Positions 7,203 through 17,997 of a DNA stretch of 37,501 nucleotides are shown piece after piece. How positions within the stretch are numbered: position 1 is the stretch's first letter; each line of letters starts with the position of its first letter. Source of the DNA: Thermoplasmata archaeon (GTDB lineage Archaea; Thermoplasmatota; Thermoplasmata; Lutacidiplasmatales; UBA184); contig JASHVP010000086.1 in NCBI GenBank assembly GCA_030044475.1, positions 1 to 37,501 on the forward strand, read 5' to 3'. A program made the position numbers and the translations under genes. Below the pieces are notes generated by a model. It was given only the letters and a program-made list of their open reading frames with translations. It did not search any database and was not told where the DNA came from.

Positions 7203-8243
7203 ATGCCCGGAACGACCGCGGAGCCGGTCGGTCCGGCAGTTCCCGGGGCCCGCGTGTTCGCGGGCGTGGGTCCGGAGCTGTTCGCGGCCATCCGGGAACT
7301 CCGGCCTCGGCGCGTCGTCCTGCAGGTGCCCGCCGGTCTGACCCGCAACGCGCACGAGCTCGCGAGCCGGATCCGGACCGAGGCGGAAGTCGCCGTGGTG
7401 CTGGCGAACCGGGCCTGCTTCGGCGCCTGCGACTTCCCGTCGGGGGACGAAGCCCCGCGGGCGGACCTCGCCGTGGTGCTCGGTCACGCCCCGATCCCGA
7501 ACGTCGCGCTCGCCCGGTCGACGTATTTCGTCGAGATGCGCGAGCCCGGCGGCGACCCGCGCCGGATCGCCCGGATGGTCCGGGACGCCGGGCTGCCCCG
7601 TCGCCTCGGTCTCGTCGCCTCGGTCCAGCACCTCGAGCTGCTCGTCCCGCTGCAGACCGCCCTCGCGGAGATGGGATTCGAGCCCCGCGTCGGGTCCGGG
7701 GACCGACGGCTCGCCTACCCGGGCCAGGCCCTGGGATGCAATTACACCGGGGCCGAGGCGATCGCTTCCGGCGTCGAGGCGTTCCTGTTCGTCGGGACCG
7801 GGCAGTTCCATCCGATCGGGCTGGCGTTCGCGGTCGACCGCCCGGTTCATGCGATCGACCCGCTCCGGAACGTGCTGGAAGCCCCGATCGACCGGGAGGG
7901 GCTCGTCGCCCGACGTCACCTGCTCGTTGCCGCCGCCCACGACGCCCGCCGCTGGGGCATCCTCGTCTCGACCTTCGCGGGGCAGAACCGACTTCCGACC
8001 GCCCTCGCCCTTCAGGAGCGGGCCCGATCCCGGGGTCGGGAGGCCGAGATCCTCGTCTTCGACCGACTCGACCCCCGGGACCTCGAAGGGCGGGCGCTCG
8101 ACGCGTACGTCAACACCGCCTGCCCGCGCATCGCGCTGGACGACGCCCCGAGCTATCCGAAGCCCATGCTCACGCCGCCCGAGTTCCTCGCGGCGCTCGG
8201 CGAGCGCCCCCTCGAACCGTACCGGTTCGATACCTATCACTGA
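7203..8243 (+). CDS. dph2: 2-(3-amino-3-carboxypropyl)histidine synthase (diphthamide biosynthesis Dph2, non-canonical radical-SAM)
   Basis: 346 aa. The three conserved cluster cysteines sit in their expected contexts (RACFGACD, ALGCNYTG, NTACPRIALDD), and the overall length is that of archaeal Dph2. Confidence 0.85.
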   Translation: MPGTTAEPVGPAVPGARVFAGVGPELFAAIRELRPRRVVLQVPAGLTRNAHELASRIRTEAEVAVVLANRACFGACDFPSGDEAPRADLAVVLGHAPIPNVALARSTYFVEMREPGGDPRRIARMVRDAGLPRRLGLVASVQHLELLVPLQTALAEMGFEPRVGSGDRRLAYPGQALGCNYTGAEAIASGVEAFLFVGTGQFHPIGLAFAVDRPVHAIDPLRNVLEAPIDREGLVARRHLLVAAAHDARRWGILVSTFAGQNRLPTALALQERARSRGREAEILVFDRLDPRDLEGRALDAYVNTACPRIALDDAPSYPKPMLTPPEFLAALGERPLEPYRFDTYH

Positions 8244-8285
8244 CCGCCGAAAGCGGGAAGCCGTCGCGCGGCGTCCGGTTCGACG

Positions 8286-8690
8286 ATGCGGCTCGCCCCC
8301 GTGGCCGCCCTCGCCGCCGCCGTGGCGGGGGCCGTGCTGATCGGGGACTCGGTCGCGCGCGGCGGCGCGCAGTTGACGCTGGTCCTGATCGTCCCGATCG
8401 TCGCCGGCCACTCGGTCGAGTTTCTGGGGGGAGTGGCCCTTCTCGTCGGGGGCGTGCTCGCGACCCCGCTCTCGCTCTCCAGAGACCCCGCGCCGGAGCC
8501 CCCGCCGTCCCCCGGCCCGACCTCGGCATCGACCGGATCGAGGGGGGCCGGCGGCCTCGTCCTCCTCGGACCGGTTCCGGTCTTCTTCGGGAATTGGCGC
8601 GGGGTCTCGCGACGCACGCGCTGGGCCGTGGCCGCCGCCGGGGTCGCCCTTACCGGGGCGGTCGTCCTCGCGTGGTGGATCGCACGGTAG
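8286..8690 (+). CDS. Small multi-pass membrane protein (DUF131/TIGR00304-like)
   Basis: 134 aa with three or four hydrophobic segments. GGLVLLGPVPVFFGN resembles the GGxxxIGPIPIxxG motif of archaeal DUF131 proteins, recalled from memory. The 3' end overlaps the convergent pdxT by ~40 nt. Confidence 0.5.
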   Translation: MRLAPVAALAAAVAGAVLIGDSVARGGAQLTLVLIVPIVAGHSVEFLGGVALLVGGVLATPLSLSRDPAPEPPPSPGPTSASTGSRGAGGLVLLGPVPVFFGNWRGVSRRTRWAVAAAGVALTGAVVLAWWIAR

Positions 8691-9279
8691 CCCCCCGCTG
8701 GACCGCGGCGAGGAACATCTTGTGCAACCGCAGGTCGCCCGAGAGTTCGGGGTGGAACGTCAGACCCCAGATCGACCCCCGTCGGACGCCGACGACCTCG
8801 TGCTCCTGCCAGGCGAACGAGGTCGCGCGCGGCCCGACCGCGAGGATCCGGGGGGCGCGGATGAAGACCCCGGGGAACGGGGGGCCGGAGAGGCCCTCCA
8901 CGCGCACGGGGCCTTCGAACGACTCCCGCTGGGCCCCGTAGTCGTTGCGCCGGATGGTCACGTCGAGGGCGCCGAACGTGGGAGGGTCGATCCCGCTCGC
9001 CCCGGGAGAGAGCGAGGTCGCCAGCAGAATGAAGCCCGCGCAGGTGGCGAGCACCGGGAATCCGTCCTTGAGGCGGCCCGCGAGCGGTTCCCACAACCGC
9101 GCCTGCTGGAGGAGTCGGGCGATGGTCGTCGACTCGCCTCCGGGGAGGAAGAGGACGTCGGCGGCGGCCAGGTCCTCGGGCCGCCGGACCGCCAGCGGGA
9201 CGGCGCCGGGGACGACCTGGGCCAGCGCGCGGAGGTGCTCCGGAACGTCCCCCTGCAGCGCGAGGACGCCGACCTTCAT
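8650..9279 (-). CDS. pdxT: Pyridoxal 5'-phosphate synthase glutaminase subunit PdxT
   Basis: 209 aa starting MKVGVLALQGDVPEHL. The catalytic Cys is in LATCAGFILL and the His/Glu in TFHPELSGD. Its ATG (9277-9279) overlaps the hmgA stop TGA (9276-9278) as ATGA. Confidence 0.9.
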   Translation of the reverse strand: MKVGVLALQGDVPEHLRALAQVVPGAVPLAVRRPEDLAAADVLFLPGGESTTIARLLQQARLWEPLAGRLKDGFPVLATCAGFILLATSLSPGASGIDPPTFGALDVTIRRNDYGAQRESFEGPVRVEGLSGPPFPGVFIRAPRILAVGPRATSFAWQEHEVVGVRRGSIWGLTFHPELSGDLRLHKMFLAAVQRGATVRSTTRGRPPR

Positions 9280-10580
9280 CCCCCGCCGCGACGGAGTTCC
9301 TCGAGGACCTCCTTCGCCCGATCGAACCGGACCTGCCGCTCCGTCACGAGGCGTGCCACGACCCGATCGACCTCGTCGGGCCGCGCGCCGGCGCTCGTCG
9401 CGAGGTTCCGGGCGTGCAGCTCCATGTGGCCGCGCTGGATCCCCTCCGTGGCGAGCGCGCGGAGCGCCGCGAAGTTCTGCGCCAGGCCGACCGCCGCCAG
9501 CACCTCGCCGAGCTCGCGGGCGCTCTTGACCCCGAGGACCTTGACGTTCGCCTTGGCGGTGGGGTGGACCGCCGTCGCGCCCCCGATGAGCCCGACGGGG
9601 ACCGGGAGCTCGATCGTGCCGACGAGGTCGCCGTGGGCGTCCTTCTCGTATTCCGTGAGCGGGGCGATCACCTCGCCGTGGTCCGCGGCCTGCCACGCCG
9701 CGTAGCTGTGCGCCCCGCTCTCGATCGCCCGGAAGTCGTTCCCGGTCGCGACCACGACGCTCGAGACCCCGTTCATGATCCCCTTGTTGTGCGTCGCGCA
9801 GCGGAACGGGTCCGCGGCCGCGAACGCGTAGGCGTCGAGGACCGCGTCGACCACCTGGGGGCCGGTCGCCGTCTCCGTCTTCAGGATCGCCGCGGGGAAC
9901 GTGGCCCGGGCCCGGCCGAGCCGGTGGATCGCGAGGTTGGAGATGATCCGCAGGACGACGCGCCCCCCCGTCAGCCGGGCGAACTCGGGCGCGAGGGCCT
10001 CGCACATCGTGTTGACGGCGTTCATCCCCCCGGCGTCCCGGGCGTCGACCAGGAGGTGGACGACGAGCATCGGGCCCCGGTCGGAGTCGAGCCGGCGGAC
10101 CTCGAGCTCCTTCGCCCCTCCGCCGAACTTCACGAGCACCGGGTCCTTCGCGTTCGCCGCCGCCAGGAGCTCGTCCCGATGGTCGAGGATCCGCAATCGC
10201 GCCGCGGCCGGGTCCACGACGTCGAGGATCTGGACCTGTCCGATCATCACGGGCGCGGTCGTCTGGGCCTGGAACCCGCCCGCCGCGCGCGCGACCTTGG
10301 CGGCGTTCGACGCCGCCGCCACGACGCTCGGCTCCTCGATCGCCATCGGGACGAGCACGTCCCGGCCGTTGATCCGGAAGTTCGTCGCGACTCCGAGCGG
10401 GATCGGCATCACGCCGATCACGTTCTCCACCATGTGGTCGACCGTGGATGGGTCGACCCCCGGGGGGAACTCGTAGGAACGGGTCTCCTCCTCGGACAGC
10501 CCGCCCCACTCGCGGACGAACGCCCGCCGCTCCTCGATCGACCGCTTGTAGAATCCGGGGACCTCGGACGATCGCGTCAC
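9276..10580 (-). CDS. hmgA: Hydroxymethylglutaryl-CoA reductase, class II
   Basis: 434 aa from GTG 10578-10580 (VTRSSEVPGFYKRSIEERR). The class II signature is HMVENVIGVMPIPLGVATNFRINGRDVLVPMAIEEPSVVAAASNAAK. Also present are DAGGMNAVNTM, ATHNKGIMNG and GTIELPVPVGLIGG. Confidence 0.9.
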   Translation of the reverse strand: MTRSSEVPGFYKRSIEERRAFVREWGGLSEEETRSYEFPPGVDPSTVDHMVENVIGVMPIPLGVATNFRINGRDVLVPMAIEEPSVVAAASNAAKVARAAGGFQAQTTAPVMIGQVQILDVVDPAAARLRILDHRDELLAAANAKDPVLVKFGGGAKELEVRRLDSDRGPMLVVHLLVDARDAGGMNAVNTMCEALAPEFARLTGGRVVLRIISNLAIHRLGRARATFPAAILKTETATGPQVVDAVLDAYAFAAADPFRCATHNKGIMNGVSSVVVATGNDFRAIESGAHSYAAWQAADHGEVIAPLTEYEKDAHGDLVGTIELPVPVGLIGGATAVHPTAKANVKVLGVKSARELGEVLAAVGLAQNFAALRALATEGIQRGHMELHARNLATSAGARPDEVDRVVARLVTERQVRFDRAKEVLEELRRGGG

Positions 10581-11134
10581 GCCGACCCCTCCGGGGACGG
10601 CAGATCGGACGCCGCCGCCTCCGTCGCGGCCGGGGCGGGATCCCGGGCGACCACGACTTTCGCCGGACGGAGCAGCCCCCCGAAGAACCGGTATCCCTGC
10701 TGGACGATCTCCGCCACCGTGCCCGCCGGCGTGCCGTCGCTCGCGGGCGCGTCCCCGATCGCCTCGCACTCGTCCGCCCGGAACGGGCGTCCGACCTCCG
10801 CGACCGGCTCGACGCCCTCGTGACGGAGGAACGTCGCCCACTCGCGCTCGAGCAGCTCCAATCCCCGTCGGACCGGATCGGCGGCCGGCAGCTTCGCGAC
10901 CTCCGGCTGCGCGGAGCGGAAGCCCTCGAGGATCGGGAGCAGTTCGCGAAGCATCGCCCCGCGGGCCTGTCGGGTGATCGTCTCGCGGTCCCGCTCCGAG
11001 CGTCGCCGGAAGTTCTCGAAGTCCGCCAGGAGGTACTTGTACCGCGTCGCCCAGTCGTCGGGGCGGGGCGCCTCGACGGGGGTCGGCGCGGTCTCCCCGT
11101 TGGAGGTCGTCGTCGACCGCTCGTCGTCGGGCAT
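10577..11134 (-). CDS. grpE: Nucleotide exchange factor GrpE
   Basis: 185 aa from ATG 11132-11134. YKYLLADFENFRRRSERD is the GrpE coiled-coil signature, and the C-terminal beta domain reads TVAEIVQQGYRFFGGLLRPAKVVV. The stop TGA (10577-10579) overlaps the hmgA GTG as GTGA. An AAATA box on the - strand (11166-11170) lies 32 nt upstream. Confidence 0.85.
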   Translation of the reverse strand: MPDDERSTTTSNGETAPTPVEAPRPDDWATRYKYLLADFENFRRRSERDRETITRQARGAMLRELLPILEGFRSAQPEVAKLPAADPVRRGLELLEREWATFLRHEGVEPVAEVGRPFRADECEAIGDAPASDGTPAGTVAEIVQQGYRFFGGLLRPAKVVVARDPAPAATEAAASDLPSPEGSA

Positions 11135-11311
11135 CGCACCGCCGAGGGGCGGAGGGGAGGCGGAGGTATTTCCGCTTGTCGCGGGGGCGCCCGGGGCGGT
11201 CCGGGACGGAGGCGTCCGGGGGCCCCCGGGGGCGGCCTGATAAGCTGTCCGGGGTCCGTTCCGGAGGCCCGGAACGAGGGGCGATTTTCCCCCAAAACCC
11301 AACCGTTATAA

Positions 11312-13276
<1,965 letters not shown>

Positions 13277-13547
13277 GAGGTCCACGGCGCCCGCCGAGCT
13301 CACGAGCGTCGCCGACGGACTCCGCGCGGTCGGCGCCCGGGGACCGGAGCCGCCCCGCCGCCCGATCCTCCGGACCCGCGACGGGACCCTCCTCACGCTC
13401 GCCACGCTCGCCGGCGATGGGTCGGCCACGTGGCACGGCCTCTGGGTCACCCCGACGGCGACCCAGGTCCTGGGGCCCCGCGTCCCTCGCAGCCTCGTCA
13501 CCGACTCCGCCGGGCTCACCGGGGCGACGGCGGACCTGTCGGACCTC

Positions 13548-14264
13548 GTGCAGGCCGCCGCCGTCTCCTACCTCGAGATCCTCGAGGGCGTCGGCGAGCG
13601 GCTCGACGAGTTCGAGGGGCGGACCGACCCGCCCGAGATCCCGGAGCTGAGCGCGCTGCTGCGCCAGCTCGCCGGGGTCCGCAAGCACGTCGTGCGCCTC
13701 GCCGTGACGCGAGCATGGCTCGACGGTCCGTTCGGGGCGCAGTTCCCGGGCCTCGCCGGGAACCTGCGTCCGCTCTCGGGGGAGATCGACCATTTGGAGC
13801 AGCTGTCGACCGGGCAGGCGCAGGCGGCCCGTGACCTGATCGCGCTGCGCAACGCCGTGGAGTCGAACCGGCTCGCGGAATCGGCGAACGAGCTCGGCCG
13901 CGTGTCGAACCGGATCGCGGCCCTCGCGAACACGTCGAATCTCCGGATGCTCGGCGTCGCGTACATCGCGCTCCTGCTCGGCCTCATCAGCGCGGTCGTC
14001 CTGATCCCGAACACCGCGGCCACGATCCTCGGGATGCCGAGCGCGGCTTGGGTACCGGGCCTCTGGGTCGACCTCGTCCTCGTCGTCCTCGCGATCGTGC
14101 CGATCGTCGTCGTCTTCTCGCGCCCGTGGGTCCGTCGAATGCTCCACGGCTGGCGGTCGTACGAGTCGCGGAGCGGCGAAGGCCTCGCGGACCTTCCCGA
14201 GGTCCCCCCGCAGGACGTGAACTCCGGCCCGGCGGCCGAACGGCTTATCCGCGAGAGCCCGTAG
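13548..14264 (+). CDS. CorA-like divalent-cation channel family protein, divergent (GMN motif reads GMP); probably extends 5' to ~13278-13284
   Basis: The listed ORF starts at GTG 13548. It has a long stalk helix, then two C-terminal TM helices with ILGMPSAAW between them, where CorA has YGMNF. The 90 in-frame codons upstream (13278-13547) have almost 100% G/C at third positions but contain no ATG, GTG or TTG. Confidence 0.6.
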   Translation: MQAAAVSYLEILEGVGERLDEFEGRTDPPEIPELSALLRQLAGVRKHVVRLAVTRAWLDGPFGAQFPGLAGNLRPLSGEIDHLEQLSTGQAQAARDLIALRNAVESNRLAESANELGRVSNRIAALANTSNLRMLGVAYIALLLGLISAVVLIPNTAATILGMPSAAWVPGLWVDLVLVVLAIVPIVVVFSRPWVRRMLHGWRSYESRSGEGLADLPEVPPQDVNSGPAAERLIRESP

Positions 14265-14271
14265 GCGCGGC

Positions 14272-15600
14272 GTGGCGGAGGCCGGTCCCGCTCCGCGCGT
14301 CCTGGCGGGGGCGCTCCTGGTCACGCAGGACGATCGCCGGCGGGTGCTCCGCGGCGACCTCCGGATCGAGAGTGGACGGCTCACCCACGTCGGTCCGGAC
14401 GCCCCGCGGGAGGGGGCGGAGGTCGTCGACGCGCACCGGTTCGCCGCTGTCCCCGGCTTCGTCAACCTCCACGGGCACGTGGCGATGGGCCTCCTTCGGG
14501 GGATCGCGGACGACCGGGAGCTCGCCGGATTCCTCGAGACCCTCTTCGCGGTCGACGCGCACCGGACCGAGTCGGACGTCGGAGCCGGCGCGCGGCTCGG
14601 GATCGCCGAGATGCTGCTCGCCGGGACGACGACGTTCCTCGACCTCTACTACTTCGAGGACGCCGTGGCCCGGGCCGTCGAGGAGCTCGGCATCCGGGGG
14701 TACCTCGGCTGGGCGGTCCTCGACGCCGACAAGACCACGCAGCGGGGTGTTCCGCTCGACAACGCCCGCGAGTTCGTCCGCCGATGGAAGGGCCACCGAC
14801 GGGTGGTCCCCCTCGTCGCCCCGCAGGGCGTCTACGTCTGCGGCCCCGAGACCTGGCTGGGAGCGCGCGCGCTCGCCGAGGCCGAAGGCACGCTCTGCCA
14901 CTTCCACCTCTCCGAGACCCGGCGGGAGGTCCACGAGCACGAGGCGACGACCGGCCGGCGACCGGCCGTGTGGCTCGACGAGATCGGCTTCCTCGGACCG
15001 CGGATGGTCGCGGCGCACACCGTCTGGCTCACCGGTGACGAGATCGCCCGTCTCGGACGACACCGGCTCGGCATCGCCCACTGCGCCAGCTCGAACCTGA
15101 AGCTCGCCTCCGGGGGCATCGCCCCCGTCGTCGAGCTGCGGGCGGCCGGAGCGGTCGTCGGACTCGGCACGGACTCGGTCGCGAGCAACAACTCGCTCTC
15201 GATGCTGCGGGAGATGCATCTCGCGGGGCTGGTGCAGAAGAACCAGCGGTGGGACGCCGCCGTCCTCTCCGCCCAGGAGCTGCTCGACCTCGCGACCCGC
15301 GAGGGAGCCCGGGCCCTCGGCGCGGAGGCCGAGATCGGGTCGCTCGAGGTCGGAAAACGGGCCGACCTGTCGCTCGTGCGCCTCGACCACCCGACCCTCG
15401 TCCCGGCCCGACCGGAGGCGATCGTCTCGCATCTCGCGTACGCGGCCGCCGAGGAGGCGATCGATTCGGTCTACGTCGACGGGGTGCCGGTGGTGGAGGG
15501 CCGGCGGTTGCGTACCGGCGACTGGCCGCAGATTCGCGCGGAGGCCGAGTCCGCGGCCGAGCCGCTCTGGCAGAGCCGGCCGGTCCGGGCGCCCCGCTAG
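14272..15600 (+). CDS. mtaD: Amidohydrolase, 5'-methylthioadenosine/S-adenosylhomocysteine deaminase-like
   Basis: 442 aa with a GTG start. Metal ligands are in NLHGHVAMG (HxH), HFHLSET and GLGTDSVASNN, and the length and order of motifs fit MtaD/DadD-type deaminases. Confidence 0.8.
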   Translation: MAEAGPAPRVLAGALLVTQDDRRRVLRGDLRIESGRLTHVGPDAPREGAEVVDAHRFAAVPGFVNLHGHVAMGLLRGIADDRELAGFLETLFAVDAHRTESDVGAGARLGIAEMLLAGTTTFLDLYYFEDAVARAVEELGIRGYLGWAVLDADKTTQRGVPLDNAREFVRRWKGHRRVVPLVAPQGVYVCGPETWLGARALAEAEGTLCHFHLSETRREVHEHEATTGRRPAVWLDEIGFLGPRMVAAHTVWLTGDEIARLGRHRLGIAHCASSNLKLASGGIAPVVELRAAGAVVGLGTDSVASNNSLSMLREMHLAGLVQKNQRWDAAVLSAQELLDLATREGARALGAEAEIGSLEVGKRADLSLVRLDHPTLVPARPEAIVSHLAYAAAEEAIDSVYVDGVPVVEGRRLRTGDWPQIRAEAESAAEPLWQSRPVRAPR

Positions 15601-16307
15601 CGGAATCCCGTCGTCGCGGCCAGCGCGAGCGCGAGACGCTGAGCCGCCACGACGGGGTCGCTCCGAACGCCGAGCTCCGCGAGGCTTCCCAGACGGTCGA
15701 GGGTCCGCGCGGAGGCCTCCGGATGGACTCGGCCGAGCGCGGCCCGGTCGATCGTGGCGCTGATCACGCCATGGTGCAGGAGGTGATGCCGGTTCACACG
15801 CTGCGCGGCGCCACCGACGATCCGGCCACCGACGGCGAGGACCTCGCCTCGACCGCTGAGAAAACAGACGTCGTCCGAGAGGCCGGGGGCGGGCACCCAC
15901 TCCGCCGAGCACCCCAGGGACCGGAAGAAGTCGACGACGCCGGAACCGAGGGACGAGTAGGCGTGGACGAATCCCCGACCCGCTCGGGGGTCCCGCCGCG
16001 AGAGGACCAGGCTCCAGGCGAGGTCGCCCGGTTCGTGCAGCACCCCGGCTCCGCCCGAGGGTCGCCGGACGACGGGAATCCCCGACTCCCGCGCCCTCCG
16101 GAGATAGGGGGCGTCCCCGGGAACCCCGATCCCGACGGAGAGGGCTCGCTCCCTCAGGACCGCAGTCCGGACCGCCGGCACGGGACCGGCGAACGCGGCC
16201 TCGTCGGCCGCGAGGTTCTCCGCCGCGGTCAGGAGCTCGACCGGAGGCTCGCCGTTCGGCCCCGGGGTTCGGGGCCCGGTCGCTTCGCTCGCCCGCGCTC
16301 CGGTCAC
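15597..16307 (-). CDS. Lipoate-protein ligase A catalytic-domain family protein (BPL/LPL fold), catalytic Lys replaced
   Basis: 236 aa with a GTG start. GGRIVGGAAQRVNRHHLLHHGVI aligns without gaps to E. coli LplA [23 protein letters not shown] (from memory), putting Ile at the Lys133 position. There is no C-terminal LplA accessory domain. It overlaps the convergent mtaD by 4 nt. Confidence 0.7.
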   Translation of the reverse strand: MTGARASEATGPRTPGPNGEPPVELLTAAENLAADEAAFAGPVPAVRTAVLRERALSVGIGVPGDAPYLRRARESGIPVVRRPSGGAGVLHEPGDLAWSLVLSRRDPRAGRGFVHAYSSLGSGVVDFFRSLGCSAEWVPAPGLSDDVCFLSGRGEVLAVGGRIVGGAAQRVNRHHLLHHGVISATIDRAALGRVHPEASARTLDRLGSLAELGVRSDPVVAAQRLALALAATTGFR

Positions 16308-16365
16308 CCCCCGAGTCGACCGACGGCGCTCGAAACGATAAGAACCGACCCCGGTTCGGGGCCCC

Positions 16366-16917
16366 GTGGCCGAACTGAGCGAATTTCGACTGCACCCGGG
16401 AGATCCCGCGCCGGCGTTCGCCCTCCCCGGGGTCGATGGCCGAACGGTCCGTCTCTCGGACTACGCCGATCAACGGTTGCTGCTCGTCGTCTTCTGGTGC
16501 AATCACTGCCCCTACGTGCAGGCGTGGGAGGGGCGGATGATCGAGATCGGTCGGCAGTACGGCCCGAAGGGGGTTGGGATCGTCCTGATCAACTCGAACG
16601 ACGCCCGGGCCTACCCCGAGGACCGACTCGACTCGATGGTCCGGCGGGCGTCGGAGAAACACTACCCATTCCCGTACCTGCAGGACGAGTCGCAGGACGT
16701 CGCCCGCGCCTACGGGGCCCTCGTCACGCCGCACCCGATGCTGTTCGACGCGCAGCGGCGGCTTCTCTTCCAGGGCCGGATCGATGACGACCACCAGCAC
16801 CCCGAGCGGGTGACCCGGCACTTCCTCACGTCGGCCCTCGACGCGGCGTTGGCGGGACGCCCGGTGACGCCCGCGGAGCTACCGGTCGCCGGCTGCACCG
16901 TGAAGTGGCGCAGCTGA
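16366..16917 (+). CDS. Thioredoxin-fold thiol:disulfide oxidoreductase (TlpA/ResA/AhpC-TSA-like)
   Basis: 183 aa with a GTG start. The redox motif is WCNHCP in LLLVVFWCNHCPYV, followed by the typical ...YPFPYLQDESQDVARAYGA.. block. A GATAAG box at 16337-16342 lies ~25 nt upstream. Confidence 0.8.
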   Translation: MAELSEFRLHPGDPAPAFALPGVDGRTVRLSDYADQRLLLVVFWCNHCPYVQAWEGRMIEIGRQYGPKGVGIVLINSNDARAYPEDRLDSMVRRASEKHYPFPYLQDESQDVARAYGALVTPHPMLFDAQRRLLFQGRIDDDHQHPERVTRHFLTSALDAALAGRPVTPAELPVAGCTVKWRS

Positions 16918-17919
16918 CCGACGGGAGGGTCGGGTCCGGGGCCTCGCGCCCCGTCGCTGACGAAGGGCGGAGCGACGTCGTTCGTACGCCTGCGCGAGCG
17001 ACGGGTCCACCGGTGCGTTCCCGTGGTCGAGGCGGGCGGCGATGGCGACCTTCCCGGCCAACGCCCGGGCCAGCTTGCCCCGCTCGACCCGCGGCGCCGA
17101 CTGGATCGTCGGGTGCAGGAACAAGAGCCCGTGGCGGGGCGGGGGCGCGTGTCCGCGGAGGTGTTCGAAGAACGCTCGCTCGGCCCCGAGGACCTGGACC
17201 GTGCTCGCGGGGAGGCGGGCCAGTCGGTCGAGCCCACCGGCCTGGGCGACGAGCCGGGCCGCGAGTTCCGGGCCGAGGAGCGCCGATAGATTCGGGGCCC
17301 GCGCCGGGGCCGACCGTTCGACGGCGGCGGTGAGCGCGGTCTGCGCGGCCTCGATCGAGCGGTACAGTTCGGCCAGCGCCCGTCGGGCCGCCCGGAGGCT
17401 CGGTTCGGCCGGGGCCAGCGGACCGCCCTCGTCCGGACCGAGCGCCCTCGCCACCGCCCGCGCATGGTCGCCGGGATCGACCTCCGGCGCATCGCGGGAC
17501 GTCCAACTCCCGAGTCGCTCCCCCACGAGGTTCTTGACCCGATCCAGATCGGAGGCGGCCCGGACCGCTTCTTCGACGTGCACCGAGGGGTCCCACGCGA
17601 GCACGAGGGACCGCTCGGCGTCGGCGAGCAGGAACGCCCGCAGCGGACCTCGCGTCTCGCGGGAGGTCTCCGAGCCCGAGCGGGCCGCGGGATTCCATCG
17701 CAGGCCATGGGCCGCCAGCCGACGGTCCGCGGTCTCCCACATCTCGGCGCCCCGGAGCGCGAGCATCTCGCTCTCTTCCGCCGTCAGCTGCCCGACCCGT
17801 CGGGACCGCGCCCGGTCGGCGAGGGGCTCCACGTCGCGGGGGGCCGAGACCTCGCGCACCAGTCGCGATCCGTCCCAGAGGGTCGTCGCCTGCCACGATG
17901 TCTCGAGGACCTTCGTCAC
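16879..17919 (-). CDS. nop5: C/D-box sRNP core protein Nop5 (Nop56/58 family)
   Basis: The Nop domain reads NLSALLGPELAARLVAQAGGLDRLARLPASTVQVLGAERAFFEHLRGHAPPPRHGLLFLHPTIQSAPRVERGKLARALAGKVAIAARLD, with a basic tail. The start is assigned to GTG 17917-17919, the first in-frame start downstream of the divergent crotonase gene, and is uncertain. Confidence 0.75.
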   Translation of the reverse strand: MTKVLETSWQATTLWDGSRLVREVSAPRDVEPLADRARSRRVGQLTAEESEMLALRGAEMWETADRRLAAHGLRWNPAARSGSETSRETRGPLRAFLLADAERSLVLAWDPSVHVEEAVRAASDLDRVKNLVGERLGSWTSRDAPEVDPGDHARAVARALGPDEGGPLAPAEPSLRAARRALAELYRSIEAAQTALTAAVERSAPARAPNLSALLGPELAARLVAQAGGLDRLARLPASTVQVLGAERAFFEHLRGHAPPPRHGLLFLHPTIQSAPRVERGKLARALAGKVAIAARLDHGNAPVDPSLAQAYERRRSALRQRRGARPRTRPSRRSAAPLHGAAGDR

Positions 17920-17997
17920 GGGGACTCCGTGCGACGAGCGGGCATCGGTGCCGGAGAGCGCGCCCCATAAATAGCGCAGCACGGGTCGGCGGGACCG

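Noticed and set aside
5868-8941. Very long ORFs 5868..8411 (-, 847 aa) and 6494..8941 (+, 815 aa), plus many 100-400-aa ORFs overlapping nac, the zinc-ribbon gene and dph2
   Set aside because: The translations are dominated by R/P/G/A runs with no recognisable domains. They overlap genes with clear homology and correct third-position GC bias, so they are classic high-GC shadow ORFs.
14245-16821. An 858-aa reverse ORF, and 15249..16787 (+, 512 aa)
   Set aside because: They are antisense or off-frame to mtaD, the LplA-like gene and the thioredoxin-like gene, and consist of low-complexity R/G/P sequence.
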